Part shown: piece by piece, positions 16,817 through 28,209 of the stretch
Layout: each line of letters opens with the position of its first letter
How positions within the stretch are numbered: position 1 is the first letter of the stretch
Source of the DNA: Alphaproteobacteria bacterium
Lineage (GTDB): Bacteria; Pseudomonadota; Alphaproteobacteria; UBA828
NCBI GenBank assembly: GCA_963422645.2
Contig: CAXXVO010000004.1
Location: 128,001-192,000 of the forward strand
Direction of reading: 5' to 3'
Length of the DNA: 64,000 nucleotides
The notes under the pieces: model-generated
What the model saw: only the letters and a program-made list of their open reading frames with translations
What the model was told of the DNA's origin: nothing
The model's database searches: none
Program-made: the position numbers and the translations under genes

Positions 16817-19531
16817 TCACCGCGGCGTCAAAACCAGCGTCCCCAGCGCGTCCTCCTCCACACGCGTGCGCTCGGTGAGCATGGGGACGTAGCGGCCGTC
16901 GGCCCAGGCCTCGGCGTAGTCCTCGTAGTTGGAGGAGAGCGGATTGCCGGATTGGCCCGTGCTCTGGATGAAGACCGAGCGCTCGGGCGCGCCGAGGTCG
17001 TAGACCGCGCGGTAGCCCGCGCCGTGGTTCTGGGCGAAGGGGCGCTCCGGGTCGGCCACGTCGAAGCCGCCTGCCTTGATTGTCTCCTTCTCGCCCCCGG
17101 TCGGCATGTTCACCTCGAACCAGGAGCCGATGGCCGGGACCTCGCCCAGGATGCGGCTCTTCATGCGGACCGCGTGGGCCGCGCCCCAGCGCCAGTCCGC
17201 CATGTCGTGGCCGTAGGTGAGGGCGAGGTATTCGAGCGAGACCTTGAGCGCCCGGCTCACGGCCTCGGCGCAGGTCTCCTCCGCGCCCTGGGTGGCCACG
17301 TCGTCGCACCAGCCCGTGCGCTCGCCGAGCGCGCGGTGGATCACCTCGGTGCGGATCTTCCAGTAGTCCTCGAACACGTCGCCCAGCTCGTCGGCGAAGA
17401 GCACGTACATCATCTCCCTCAGCCACGCCATGTAGATGAGCGGCTCGGCGCGCTCGGGCCGCATGCCGTGGTCCCACTTGGCCAGCATGGCGAGCGCGGT
17501 GCGCATGGTGTCGTTCGAGGGCTCGGCGAGGGCGAGCAGCACCGGCGTGAGCCGCGCCGCAGCATACGAGACCAGGTCCTGCTGGATTGCGGCAAAGCTC
17601 GCCACGTCGTGCTTGGGCCGGGCGTCGAGCAGCGCCTCGATCCGCTTTGCCCGGTAGGGCGCGGTCCAGTCGTCGGTGAGGTAGTGGGGATAGTCGTGGG
17701 CGACCATCCGGTTGTTGGCGGTGACGATGCGGCCCGAGGGCGGGTTGTTGTCCCCCGGCAGCGCCTCGAAGGGCACGTGGTCCACCCAGTCGTACGCACC
17801 GGTCCAGCCCGGCACCGGCATGTGGCCCTGGCCCGAAGCGCGGATCGGCACCCGCCCCGGCGCCACGTAGCCGATGTTGCCCTCTGCATCGGCGAAGACG
17901 ATGGTCTGCTGCGGCACGGCGAGTTCGCGCAGCGCCTCGACGAAGCTCTCCCAGTCCTCCGCCCTGGTGGCGCGCACCAGCGCCTGGGCGCTCTTGTCGT
18001 CGTCGGCCAGCGCGGTCCACGAAAACGCGAGCACGTGGCCGGTCTCCAGGTACGCCTCGGTATCCTCCAGCACGTCGGAGATCACCGGCCCGTGGCGCGT
18101 CTCGCGCACCGTGAGCTCGATCGCCTCGCCCCCGCTCACCTCGATGGTCTCGGTGCGGACGTCGAAGGGCAGGCTCCCCTCCGGCGCGAGGTAGCGCCCG
18201 GGATCGTCGGGGTCGATCCGCTCGATGAAGAGGTCCTGGACGTCAGGCCCGGTGTTGGTGAAGCCCCAGGCCAGCGTCCGGGAGCGGCCCAGCAGCGGGA
18301 AGGGCAGCCCCGGCAGCGTCGCGCCCACGACCTCGAACTCCGGCGTCGAGATGTGGGCGAGGTACCAGACACTCGGGACCTCCAGGCGCAGGTGCGGGTC
18401 GTTCGCCAGCAGCGGCTTGCCGGATTCCGTGTGCTCGCCGCTCACCACCCAAGCGTTGGAGCCGAGCCCGGAGGCACGCAGCGCCGGCACGGCGCCCTTC
18501 ACCGCAGCGTCGAGCGCCGCAAAGTCGATGTCGGCGGGCTCGAACGCCGGCGTCTCACCATGCGGCCCCATGGGCGGGTCGTCCGGATGCTGGGCCCAGA
18601 GGTCCCGCAGCTGCGCCCGGTCGAGCGTGCCGGCGAGGCGTGCGCGCAGCAGCTCGTCGCCAAAATTGTCGCCCAGGTCCCAGGCCATGATCTTGAGCCA
18701 GACCAGGCTGTCGGCGGGCCGCCAGGGCTCGGGCTCGTGGCCGAGCAGGATGAACTCGGGCGGCAGCAGCTCGGAATGGGTCTCCAGATAGGCGTTCACG
18801 CCTGCGGCGTAAGCCTCGTAGATCGCCTGTACCTCGGGCGCGAGCACCTCGAAATTTCGCTCGGCGGCGCGATAGAGCCCCAGCGTGCGCAGGAACCTGT
18901 CGGTCTCGATGCCGGGCTCGCCCACCACGGCCGCGAGCCGCGCCTGGCCGATCCTGCGCTGCAGCTCCAGCTGCCAGAGCCGGTCCTGCGCGTGGACGTA
19001 GCCCATGGCGAAGGCGCCGTCCTTCGGAGATTGGGCGAAGATGTGGGGGATCGCATGGGCGTCGCGGACCACCTCCACCGGCGCATCGAGGCCGGCAACC
19101 TCCTCATCGCCGTCGTAGGAGGGGAGCGCGAACCAGGAGCACGAGCCCGCCGCCAGCAGCACGCCGAGCAGCACCAGCGCGCCGGCCGCCGCGCAGTAAG
19201 GTCGAAGTCGCCTGAGTGTGATGCCCTGCCGCCGACCTGCCCTGTCTAACCCGCATTTCTCACCACGGTCACGGCCTGCGTCGCGTCCAGGCGTTCGATC
19301 CGCACGGAGTGGGCCGAAAAGCGTAGCGGGGACTACGGTTAAGGCCCACGACGCCGCGGGCGGGCGCCTGGGCGCGACCCGAAGGGCGACGCTCTCCAGC
19401 CCACAGCGTGCGTCAAGCCCCTCGCCCGATGCCCCACATCGCGCTTCGCGGCTTTCCTGCTCTGTGGGCTGGAGAGCGTCGCGCAGACCATGACCCTGGT
19501 GAGAATTGCGGGTTGAGGCCGCGGCACGCAT
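16817..19531 (-). CDS. Penicillin acylase family (S45 Ntn hydrolase) with in-frame repeat insertion near the N-terminus
   Basis: HAQDRLWQL, GSNAWVV (catalytic Ser), LANDPHL, GQSGNPLS; ATG 19531 overlaps CaiB stop (TGATG). Confidence 0.9.
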   Translation of the reverse strand: MRAAASTRNSHQGHGLRDALQPTEQESREARCGASGEGLDARCGLESVALRVAPRRPPAASWALTVVPATLFGPLRADRTPGRDAGRDRGEKCGLDRAGRRQGITLRRLRPYCAAAGALVLLGVLLAAGSCSWFALPSYDGDEEVAGLDAPVEVVRDAHAIPHIFAQSPKDGAFAMGYVHAQDRLWQLELQRRIGQARLAAVVGEPGIETDRFLRTLGLYRAAERNFEVLAPEVQAIYEAYAAGVNAYLETHSELLPPEFILLGHEPEPWRPADSLVWLKIMAWDLGDNFGDELLRARLAGTLDRAQLRDLWAQHPDDPPMGPHGETPAFEPADIDFAALDAAVKGAVPALRASGLGSNAWVVSGEHTESGKPLLANDPHLRLEVPSVWYLAHISTPEFEVVGATLPGLPFPLLGRSRTLAWGFTNTGPDVQDLFIERIDPDDPGRYLAPEGSLPFDVRTETIEVSGGEAIELTVRETRHGPVISDVLEDTEAYLETGHVLAFSWTALADDDKSAQALVRATRAEDWESFVEALRELAVPQQTIVFADAEGNIGYVAPGRVPIRASGQGHMPVPGWTGAYDWVDHVPFEALPGDNNPPSGRIVTANNRMVAHDYPHYLTDDWTAPYRAKRIEALLDARPKHDVASFAAIQQDLVSYAAARLTPVLLALAEPSNDTMRTALAMLAKWDHGMRPERAEPLIYMAWLREMMYVLFADELGDVFEDYWKIRTEVIHRALGERTGWCDDVATQGAEETCAEAVSRALKVSLEYLALTYGHDMADWRWGAAHAVRMKSRILGEVPAIGSWFEVNMPTGGEKETIKAGGFDVADPERPFAQNHGAGYRAVYDLGAPERSVFIQSTGQSGNPLSSNYEDYAEAWADGRYVPMLTERTRVEEDALGTLVLTPR
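19248..19514. repeat. 267-bp MITE/RPE-like palindromic element
   Basis: About 33-bp imperfect TIR AACCCGCA(T/A)TTCTCACCA..; internal perfect 21-bp IR GCGACGCTCTCCAGCCCACAG (19386-19406 / 19462-19482). Confidence 0.8.
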
Positions 19532-20679
19532 CACGAGTCTCCGTCGGCGATCACCGGCCCATGCTCGTCGAGCTCGGGCGCGGGCGGCCGCTCGCTGGGG
19601 TCGGGGTACGCGGACATCTTGATCGGGTTGCCTGCCATCTTCACCTCCCCTGCGACCGGGTCGTGAGCCCGGACCACCATGTTGCGTGCCGCCACTTGCG
19701 GGTCGGCGAGCACGTCATCCACCCGGTTGATCGGCGAGCAGGGCACGCCCGCCTCCTCCAGCACCTTGAGCCAATGCGCGGTCGGGTGCGCCCGCAGAAT
19801 GGCCTCGAACTCCTGCTCCAGCACGTCGGTGTTGGCGTTGCGCGCGGGGTTGTCGACGAAGCGCGCGTCCTCGGCGAAGTCCGGCCGGCCCAACGCGTTG
19901 CAGAGCGTCGCGAAGAGCGCGTTGTTGCCGGCGGAAATCACCACATGGCCGTCGGCGGTCGCGTAGGCCTGGAAGGGCGTGATCGAGGGGTGGCGCGTGC
20001 CCAGCGGCCCCGGCACCTCGCCGGAGGCGAAGTAGCGCGCGAGCGCGTTCTCCAGGATCGCCACCTGGCAATCGAGCATGGAGACGTCGAGCTTCACGCC
20101 CTCGCCCGTCATAGTGCGGCGGTAGAGCGCGCCGTTGACCCCGATCGCCGTGAAGAGCCCGGCCACGATATCGCCGACCGAGCTTCCCACCCGCGCCGGC
20201 GGCCCGCCGGGCTGCCCGGTGAGGCTCATGATGCCGCCCATGGCCTGCACCACCACGTCGTAGGCCGGCCGGCCCGCGTAGGGCCCGGTGTGGCCGAAGC
20301 CCGAGCAGGCGGCGTAGATCAGGCGCGGGAAGCGCTCGTGCAGCGCCTCCCAGCCGTACCCCAGGCGCTCCATGGTGCCGGCGCGGAAGTTCTCGACCAC
20401 CACGTCCGCGCTCGCCAGCAGGTCCTCGAAGACCGCGCGGTCGCCCTCATCCTTGAGGTCGAGGACGATGCTCTCCTTGCCGCGGTTGATCGACATGAAG
20501 TAGGCCGACTTCCCTTCGAGAAAAGGGCCGAAGGCGCGGGAGTCGTCGCCGCCGCCCGGCGTCTCCACCTTGATCACGCGGGCGCCGAGATCGGCCAGCA
20601 CCATGGTGCAATAGGGCCCGGCGAGCACGCGCGTCAGGTCGATCACGGTGACGCCGGCGAGCGGTCCATCCACGGTCAT
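19531..20679 (-). CDS. CaiB/BaiF class III CoA-transferase
   Basis: DLTRVLAGP, LADLGARVIKVE, INRGKES, ENFRAG, YD..VQAMGG. Confidence 0.93.
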   Translation of the reverse strand: MTVDGPLAGVTVIDLTRVLAGPYCTMVLADLGARVIKVETPGGGDDSRAFGPFLEGKSAYFMSINRGKESIVLDLKDEGDRAVFEDLLASADVVVENFRAGTMERLGYGWEALHERFPRLIYAACSGFGHTGPYAGRPAYDVVVQAMGGIMSLTGQPGGPPARVGSSVGDIVAGLFTAIGVNGALYRRTMTGEGVKLDVSMLDCQVAILENALARYFASGEVPGPLGTRHPSITPFQAYATADGHVVISAGNNALFATLCNALGRPDFAEDARFVDNPARNANTDVLEQEFEAILRAHPTAHWLKVLEEAGVPCSPINRVDDVLADPQVAARNMVVRAHDPVAGEVKMAGNPIKMSAYPDPSERPPAPELDEHGPVIADGDS

Positions 20680-20753
20680 CGCGATGGGTCTCCCTGTCCT
20701 GGAAATCGATTATACACGCCGCGGCCGCGCGGGGCCCGGCAACCGAACGAAGT

Positions 20754-21914
<1,161 letters not shown>

Positions 21915-21970
21915 CTAGGGTCATGCGGCCAGCGGGTCAACCGCTCAGATTGCGCGAGGAAGAAAGAGGC

Positions 21971-24355
21971 ATGGCGGCTGAGAAGACCATCGAGCGTATT
22001 CCCGGGTATTGCGCGCTCTGCACCTCCGTCTGCGGCTGCATCTCGGTGGTGGAAGACGGCCGCCTGGTGGCGGTCGAGCCCGACCCCTCGCACCCCACCG
22101 GCAAGGCGCTCTGCGGCAAGGGCCGGGCAGCGCCGGAGCTGGTCTATCACGAAGACCGCGTGCTGCACCCCTTGCGCCGCGTGTCGCCGAAGGATGCACC
22201 GGGCGAGTGGGAGCGCATCGGCTGGGACGAGGCGCTCGATGAGACCGCACGGCAGCTCAAGCGGCTCGCCGCCGAGAGCGGGCCGGAGAGCGTTGCCTTC
22301 GGCATCACGACGCCGTCCGGCACCGGCATTCAGGACGCCTATCCCTGGATCGAGCGCCTGCGCCACGCCTTCGGCAGCCCCAACGCGCCCTACGGGACGG
22401 AGATCTGCAACTTTCACCGGGACGACATCAACCAGCTGACCTTCGGCGTGGACACGCCGATGCCGGATTTCCAGAACACCGACTGCATCATGCTCTGGGG
22501 GCACAACCCGAGCACCACCTGGCTCGCCTACGCCAGCCGTGTCGCGGAGGCGAAGGCGCGCGGCGCCAAGCTCATCGTCGTCGACCCGCGCCGCGCCGGC
22601 CTCGCGGTCAAGGCGGACGCCTGGTTGCGCGTCAGGCCCGGTAGCGACGGCGCGCTCGCGCTGGGCCTCGCTCACCTGCTCATGGAGGCGGGCGACTACG
22701 ACGCGGCCTTCATGCGGGACTGGACCAACGGACCGCTTCTGGTGCGGGACGACGACGGCACCCCGCTCCCTGCCGACCACGTGAGCCACGGCGCGGATCC
22801 CGCACTCAGGGTCGCGTGGGATGCGGCTGCCGGCGCACCGATGCTCTACGATTCGTCACAAGCCCGCTACGACGGCGGCACACCGGCGCTCGACGGACGC
22901 TACGAGATCGCGGGCGCAGACGGTGCGCCGATCCCCTGCCGCACCGCGTTCGAGCTCTATCGGGAACGCTGCCGTGCATATACGCCGGAGCGGGTCGAGG
23001 AGATCACCTGGGTGCCGGCCGGGCAGCTTCGCGCAGCCGCGCGTCTGATCGCAGAGGCGGGCGCGGTCTCCTGCTACAGCTGGTCCGGCGTTGGCCAGCA
23101 CACCAATGCGAGCCAGACCTCGCGCGCTATCGCGCTCCTCTACGCGCTGACCGGCAGCTTCGATGCACCGGGCGGGAACGTGCTCTTCGACACCATCCCG
23201 GTCAACGACATCCGGGGCCGCGAGATGCTCCCGCCAGCGCAGCTCGCAAGGGCGGTAGGCGGTGCCGGCCGGCCGCTGGGGCCCGAGCAGCAGGGCTGGA
23301 TCACCAGCGACGACCTCTACCGCGCGATCCTCGAGCGCCGGCCTTATCCCATCAGAGGCATGGTGAGCTTCGGCACCAACATCCTGGTGAGCCACGCCGA
23401 CTCAGGCCGCGGCGAGGCGGCGCTGAAGGCGCTCGACTTCGCGGTGCACGTGGACATGTTCATGACTCCCTCGGCCTCTCTTGCCGACATCGTGCTGCCG
23501 GTCAACACGCCCTTCGAGCGCGAGGGGCTGTGCACGGACTTCAAGGTCGGCGCCGACGCGACAGCCTTCGCCCAGCTCCGGCCGCCGGCGGTCGAAGCGC
23601 GGGGCGAGTCGAAGAGCGATGTCTGGATCGCCTTCGAGTTGGCCAAGCGCCTCGGCTTCGCCAATCGGTTCTGGGGCGGCGACATCGACGCCTCCTACCG
23701 GGAGATGCTGGCACCTTCGGGCCTGGAGCTGGAAGATCTGCGACAGTCACCTTCCGGCGTGCGCGTGGACCGCGAGACCCGCTACCGCAAGTACGCCGGC
23801 GGCAAGGGCGGTGAGCCGGGCTTCGCGACGCCCTCGCGCAAGGTGGAGGTCTTCTCGGAGCGGCTCCTCGCCGCCGGCCAGGCGCCGCTGCCGGATCACG
23901 TGGAGCCTGCCATGGGGCCGCTGAGCCGGGCGGACCTTGCCGCGCGCTTCCCCCTGGTGCTGACGTCAGCCAAGTCGGTCCACTACTGCCACAGTCAGCA
24001 CCGGGGCATGCCGTCGCTGCGCCGGCGCGAGCCCGACCCCACGGTCGAGATGCACCCCGAGGCCGCAGCCGCACGCCGCATCGAGAACGGCGACTGGGTG
24101 CGCATCGCGACGCCGCACGGGGCCGCCCGCGCCCGCGCCGCCTTCAAGCCGAGCCTGGACCCCCGCGTGGTCAGCGCGACCCACGGCTGGTGGCAGGCCT
24201 GCGGCGCGCTCGACCTGCCAGGCTACGACGCAACCGGTCCGGAGGGAGCGAACGTCAACGCGGTCATCGGCAACGAGGGGACCGACCCCATCTCCGGCTC
24301 GGTGCCGCACCGCTCCTACCTCTGCGAGATCACGCGCATCGCCGAAGCGGGGTAA
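21971..24355 (+). CDS. Molybdopterin-dependent oxidoreductase (DMSO reductase superfamily)
   Basis: CALCTSVC 4Fe-4S motif, LCGKG, WGHNP, VVDPR, ADIVLP, HSQHR. Confidence 0.88.
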   Translation: MAAEKTIERIPGYCALCTSVCGCISVVEDGRLVAVEPDPSHPTGKALCGKGRAAPELVYHEDRVLHPLRRVSPKDAPGEWERIGWDEALDETARQLKRLAAESGPESVAFGITTPSGTGIQDAYPWIERLRHAFGSPNAPYGTEICNFHRDDINQLTFGVDTPMPDFQNTDCIMLWGHNPSTTWLAYASRVAEAKARGAKLIVVDPRRAGLAVKADAWLRVRPGSDGALALGLAHLLMEAGDYDAAFMRDWTNGPLLVRDDDGTPLPADHVSHGADPALRVAWDAAAGAPMLYDSSQARYDGGTPALDGRYEIAGADGAPIPCRTAFELYRERCRAYTPERVEEITWVPAGQLRAAARLIAEAGAVSCYSWSGVGQHTNASQTSRAIALLYALTGSFDAPGGNVLFDTIPVNDIRGREMLPPAQLARAVGGAGRPLGPEQQGWITSDDLYRAILERRPYPIRGMVSFGTNILVSHADSGRGEAALKALDFAVHVDMFMTPSASLADIVLPVNTPFEREGLCTDFKVGADATAFAQLRPPAVEARGESKSDVWIAFELAKRLGFANRFWGGDIDASYREMLAPSGLELEDLRQSPSGVRVDRETRYRKYAGGKGGEPGFATPSRKVEVFSERLLAAGQAPLPDHVEPAMGPLSRADLAARFPLVLTSAKSVHYCHSQHRGMPSLRRREPDPTVEMHPEAAAARRIENGDWVRIATPHGAARARAAFKPSLDPRVVSATHGWWQACGALDLPGYDATGPEGANVNAVIGNEGTDPISGSVPHRSYLCEITRIAEAG

Positions 24356-24477
24356 CCCGGCGCGGCCGGCGTAACCGCCAAATGCGCGCCCAGCACGGCG
24401 CTTCCTTGCCGGCCGGCGGCGGGCGCGTATAGTCTGGCTCGGGTCGGAAGAGGGCGCACGAGCACGGAGAGCGCGGC

Positions 24478-25893
24478 TTGCGCTACATCAGCACGCGGCA
24501 GACCGGAGGGCGGACGGTCTCGTTCGAACACGCCCTGCTCCAGGGTCTTGCGCGCGACGGCGGCCTCTACCTCCCCGAGCGCTGGCCGGCCCTCGACAAC
24601 GATGCGCTCGCGGCACTCGGCGGCCGCGCCTATGCCGAGGTCGCCGCCGCCGTCATGGCGGCGTTCACCGGGCGCGCCTTCTCGCGCACGCAACTGGCGG
24701 CGATCGCGGCCGAGAGTTACGCCGATTTCGACCACCCCGCGACGGCGCCGCTGGTGCAGCTCGGCCCCGATCAGTGGCTGCTGGAGCTCTTCCACGGGCC
24801 GACGCTGGCGTTCAAGGACTTTGCGCTCCAGATGGTGGCGCGCCTGCTGGACGCGGTGCTGGCGAAGCGCAGGCGCAGGGCGACGATCCTCGTCGCCACA
24901 TCGGGCGACACCGGGGCTGCGGCGATCGAGGCCTTCCGCGGCCGTGAGGCGCTCTCCGTGGTCGTGCTCCACCCGACGGGCCGGGTCTCCGAGATGCAGC
25001 GCCGCCAGATGACCACGGCGGCCGAGCCCAACGTCCACAACGTCGCCATCTCCGGCACCTTCGACGACTGCCAGGCCCTGGTGAAGGCGCTCTTCGCCGA
25101 CCTCGCACTTCGCGACGAGATCGGGCTCGCTGCGGTCAACTCGATCAACTGGGCGCGCGTCGCGGCGCAGAGCGCCTACTACGTCTACGCGGCGCTGGCC
25201 CTCGGTGCGCCGGGGCGGGCGGTCTCGTTCACCGTGCCCACGGGCAATTTCGGCAACGTCTACGCCGGCTACGCGGCGCGGCAGATGGGCGTGCCCATCG
25301 ACAGCCTCGTGGTGGCGACGAACCGGAACGACATCCTCGCCCGCTTCTTCGAGACCGGCCTCTACCGCAAGGGGACGGTGCACAGGACATTGAGCCCCAG
25401 TATGGACATACAGGTAGCGAGCAACTTCGAGCGTCTGCTGGCCGACCTCTCCGGCCGTGATGGCGATGCCGTGCGCGCGCTGATGGCCGAGCTTGCCGAG
25501 CATGGCGAATTCACCCTGCGCGGGGCCCGGCTCGCGCAGGCCAAGGCCGCTTTCGCAGCCGCGCGCGCCGACGACGATGCCTGCCTCGCGACCATCGCGG
25601 AGGTGTGGCGCGCTTGCGGGCGCATGATCGACCCGCACAGCGCCGCCGGCGTCCACGCCGCCCGCCGCCACGGCGCCGGCGCGGGGCCGATGGTGAGCCT
25701 CGCGACCGCCCATGCCGCCAAGTTCCCCGACGCCATCGAGCGCGCCATCGGCGTGTCCCCGGCACTCCCGCCGAGGCTCGCGGCGCTCGCGGCGAAGCCT
25801 GAACGGGTGACGGAGCTGCCCGTGGATGCGGCCCTGCTCACGCGCTTCATCCGCGACCGGGTCCACGCGCCGCAGCGGGAGCGTGTGGCGTGA
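24478..25893 (+). CDS. thrC: Threonine synthase
   Basis: RYISTR, LELFHGPTLAFKD, ATSGDTG, NSINWAR, VPTGNFGN. Confidence 0.97.
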   Translation: MRYISTRQTGGRTVSFEHALLQGLARDGGLYLPERWPALDNDALAALGGRAYAEVAAAVMAAFTGRAFSRTQLAAIAAESYADFDHPATAPLVQLGPDQWLLELFHGPTLAFKDFALQMVARLLDAVLAKRRRRATILVATSGDTGAAAIEAFRGREALSVVVLHPTGRVSEMQRRQMTTAAEPNVHNVAISGTFDDCQALVKALFADLALRDEIGLAAVNSINWARVAAQSAYYVYAALALGAPGRAVSFTVPTGNFGNVYAGYAARQMGVPIDSLVVATNRNDILARFFETGLYRKGTVHRTLSPSMDIQVASNFERLLADLSGRDGDAVRALMAELAEHGEFTLRGARLAQAKAAFAAARADDDACLATIAEVWRACGRMIDPHSAAGVHAARRHGAGAGPMVSLATAHAAKFPDAIERAIGVSPALPPRLAALAAKPERVTELPVDAALLTRFIRDRVHAPQRERVA

Positions 25894-27149
25894 GCGACCA
25901 GACGACGCGCCTCGCCAACGGGCTCAGGGTGGTCAGCGATCCCGTGGACCATGTGGAGACGGCCTCGATCGGTCTCTGGGTCGATGTCGGCGCGCGCTGC
26001 GAGACCGAGGAGACCAACGGGCTCTCCCACTTGCTGGAGCACATGGCCTTCAAGGGCACCGAGCGGCGCAGCGCCCGCGACATCGCCGAGGAGATCGAGG
26101 CGGTGGGCGGCCATCTCAACGCCTACACGTCCAGGGAGACCACGGCCTACTACGCCAAGGTGATGAAGGAGGACGTGCCGCTCGCGCTCGACCTGCTGGC
26201 CGACATCCTCCAGCACTCGACCTTCGATGCCGAAGAGCTGGAGCGCGAGCGCGCGGTGGTGATCCAGGAAATCGCGCAGGTCAACGACACACCGGACGAC
26301 CTCGTGTTCGACCGCTTCCAGGAGACCGCCTATCCGGACCAGCCCATCGGCCGCACGATCCTCGGCCCGCCCGAGCGCGTGGGCTCCTATTCGCGCGAGG
26401 CGCTCGCGGCCTATATGGGTGCGCATTACCGGGCGGCGCGCATGGTGCTGGTGGGCTCGGGCCGGGTCGATCACGACGCCCTCGTCGCGGCGGCGGAGGC
26501 AGCCTTCACCGCGCTGCCGAAAGGCCCGGTGCCGGCGCCTGCGGCTGCGGTCTATGGCGGCGGCGATTGCCGCGTCGTGCGCGATCTGGAGCAGGCGCAC
26601 CTGATCGTGGGCTTCGACGGTCTCGCCTATGACGACGACGATTTCTACGCGCTCCAGGTGATGTCGACCCTGCTCGGCGGCGGCATGTCGTCGCGGCTCT
26701 TCCAGGAAGTCCGGGAGCGCCGCGGCCTCGCCTATTCTGTCTTCACCTTCGCCTCGAGCTACGCCGACGGCGGCATCTTCGGCGTCTATGCCGGCGCCGG
26801 CGAGGACGAGCTTGCGGAGCTGATCCCGGTGATGGCGGACGAGCTGGTCAACGCGTGCGCCACGGTGGACGACGCGGAGGTCGCCCGCGCCCGTGCCCAG
26901 CTCAAGGCCGGGCTGCTGATGTCCCTCGAAAGCACCCAGGCGCGGGCGGAACGGCTCGGCCGCCACATCCTTCTCTTCGGCCGGCCGCTCACGGTCGCGG
27001 AGCTGATCGAGCGCGTCGATGCGGTCGATCGCGAGGCGGTGCAGCGCACCGCATGCCGCATCCTGCAGGGCGGCCGGCCCACGGTCTCCGCGCTCGGCCC
27101 CATCGCGAGGCTCGAAAGTCATGACTCGATCGCCGCCCGCTTCGCCTGA
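25890..27149 (+). CDS. M16 family (pitrilysin-like) peptidase
   Basis: HLLEHMAFKGT, NAYTS, LGGGMSSRLFQEVRE. Confidence 0.95.
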   Translation: MSDQTTRLANGLRVVSDPVDHVETASIGLWVDVGARCETEETNGLSHLLEHMAFKGTERRSARDIAEEIEAVGGHLNAYTSRETTAYYAKVMKEDVPLALDLLADILQHSTFDAEELERERAVVIQEIAQVNDTPDDLVFDRFQETAYPDQPIGRTILGPPERVGSYSREALAAYMGAHYRAARMVLVGSGRVDHDALVAAAEAAFTALPKGPVPAPAAAVYGGGDCRVVRDLEQAHLIVGFDGLAYDDDDFYALQVMSTLLGGGMSSRLFQEVRERRGLAYSVFTFASSYADGGIFGVYAGAGEDELAELIPVMADELVNACATVDDAEVARARAQLKAGLLMSLESTQARAERLGRHILLFGRPLTVAELIERVDAVDREAVQRTACRILQGGRPTVSALGPIARLESHDSIAARFA

Positions 27150-27420
27150 GCCGATCGAGCGGCCGCCGAATGCCTCGCCCGATGTTCAGCCGGACGCGGA
27201 CGAGACCCTGGACGTGCGCGGCTTGATGTGCCCGCTCCCGGTGCTCAAGGCGCGCAAGGCGCTCAAGCGCCTCGACCCCGGCGGGACGCTCGAGGTGCTC
27301 GCGACCGACCCGGCTGCGGTGATCGACTTCAAGCATTTCTGCGAGACCACGCCCTTCGAGCTGCTGGGCTGGCATGAGGACGCCGGCGTCTACGCGTTCA
27401 GGATCAGGGTACCCGGCTGA
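27121..27420 (+). CDS. tusA: TusA/SirA family sulfurtransferase (start uncertain)
   Basis: LDVRGLMCPLPVLKARK..LATDP. Confidence 0.85.
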   Translation: MTRSPPASPEPIERPPNASPDVQPDADETLDVRGLMCPLPVLKARKALKRLDPGGTLEVLATDPAAVIDFKHFCETTPFELLGWHEDAGVYAFRIRVPG

Positions 27421-28004
27421 TGGCGTTCCTCCGCCCTGCCAGCGATTCGTCGCGCGAGGCGACGGTGGAGACGCGCTCGCTCTACCTCCGGCCGCCGCAG
27501 CTGCGCGATTGGCGGGCCTGGGCCGAGCTCCGTGCGCTCTCGCGCGAGTTCCTCAGCCCCTGGGAGCCGACCTGGTCGAGCGACGCGTTGACCCGCAGCG
27601 CCTTCCGCCGGCGCATCCGCCGCCAGCTGCGCGACGGCCAGGACGATCTGGGCTACGCCTTCCTCCTGTTCCGCCGGCAGGACGACGCGCTGCTCGGCGG
27701 GATGACGCTGAGCAACGTGCAGCGCGGCGCAGCGCAGTCCTGCAGCGTCGGCTACTGGATCGGCCGGCTCCATGCGCGCCAGGGCCACATGGGCGAGGCG
27801 CTCACCGGCCTGCTCGGCCCTTGCTTCGGGCCCCTCGGCCTGCACCGGGTCGAGGCCGCGTGCATGCCCAACAACACCGCGAGCCGGAAGCTGCTTGAGA
27901 AGGCCGGGTTCCGCTGCGAGGGGTACGCGCGCGCCTACCTCAAGATCACCGGCGAGTGGCAGGACCACCTGCTCTACGCGACGATCGCGCCGCGCAGGCC
28001 GTGA
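27420..28004 (+). CDS. rimJ: RimJ/RimL GNAT acetyltransferase
   Basis: FLSPWEP, GYWIG, LHRVEAACMP.N..S, WQDH. Confidence 0.9.
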   Translation: MAFLRPASDSSREATVETRSLYLRPPQLRDWRAWAELRALSREFLSPWEPTWSSDALTRSAFRRRIRRQLRDGQDDLGYAFLLFRRQDDALLGGMTLSNVQRGAAQSCSVGYWIGRLHARQGHMGEALTGLLGPCFGPLGLHRVEAACMPNNTASRKLLEKAGFRCEGYARAYLKITGEWQDHLLYATIAPRRP

Positions 28005-28072
28005 GCGCGGCGAGATACTTGGGCCGGTAACCGGTTGCCGAAGTTCCTGTCCGATCCCGCACCACACCCTCA

Positions 28073-28167
28073 CGTCATGGCCGGGCTCGTCCCGGCCATC
28101 CACGCACTTGCCCAGCGTCCGCTGGGTCTTGCTCAGAGAGATGCCCGGAACGAGTCCGGGCATGACG
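28073..28167. repeat. CGTC-type REP dimer between convergent genes
   Basis: CGTCATGGCCGGGCTCGTCCCGGCCATCC..GATGCCCGGAACGAGTCCGGGCATGACG. Confidence 0.85.
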
Positions 28168-28209
28168 GGAGAGGTGGCCTGTCGCACGTCCGTCAAAGAC
28201 GGACCCGGG

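Noticed and set aside
16775-19249. 824-aa plus-strand ORF and many other long antisense or alternate-frame ORFs
   Set aside because: Shadow ORFs of GC-rich genes with Arg/Gly/Ala-rich composition and no motifs.
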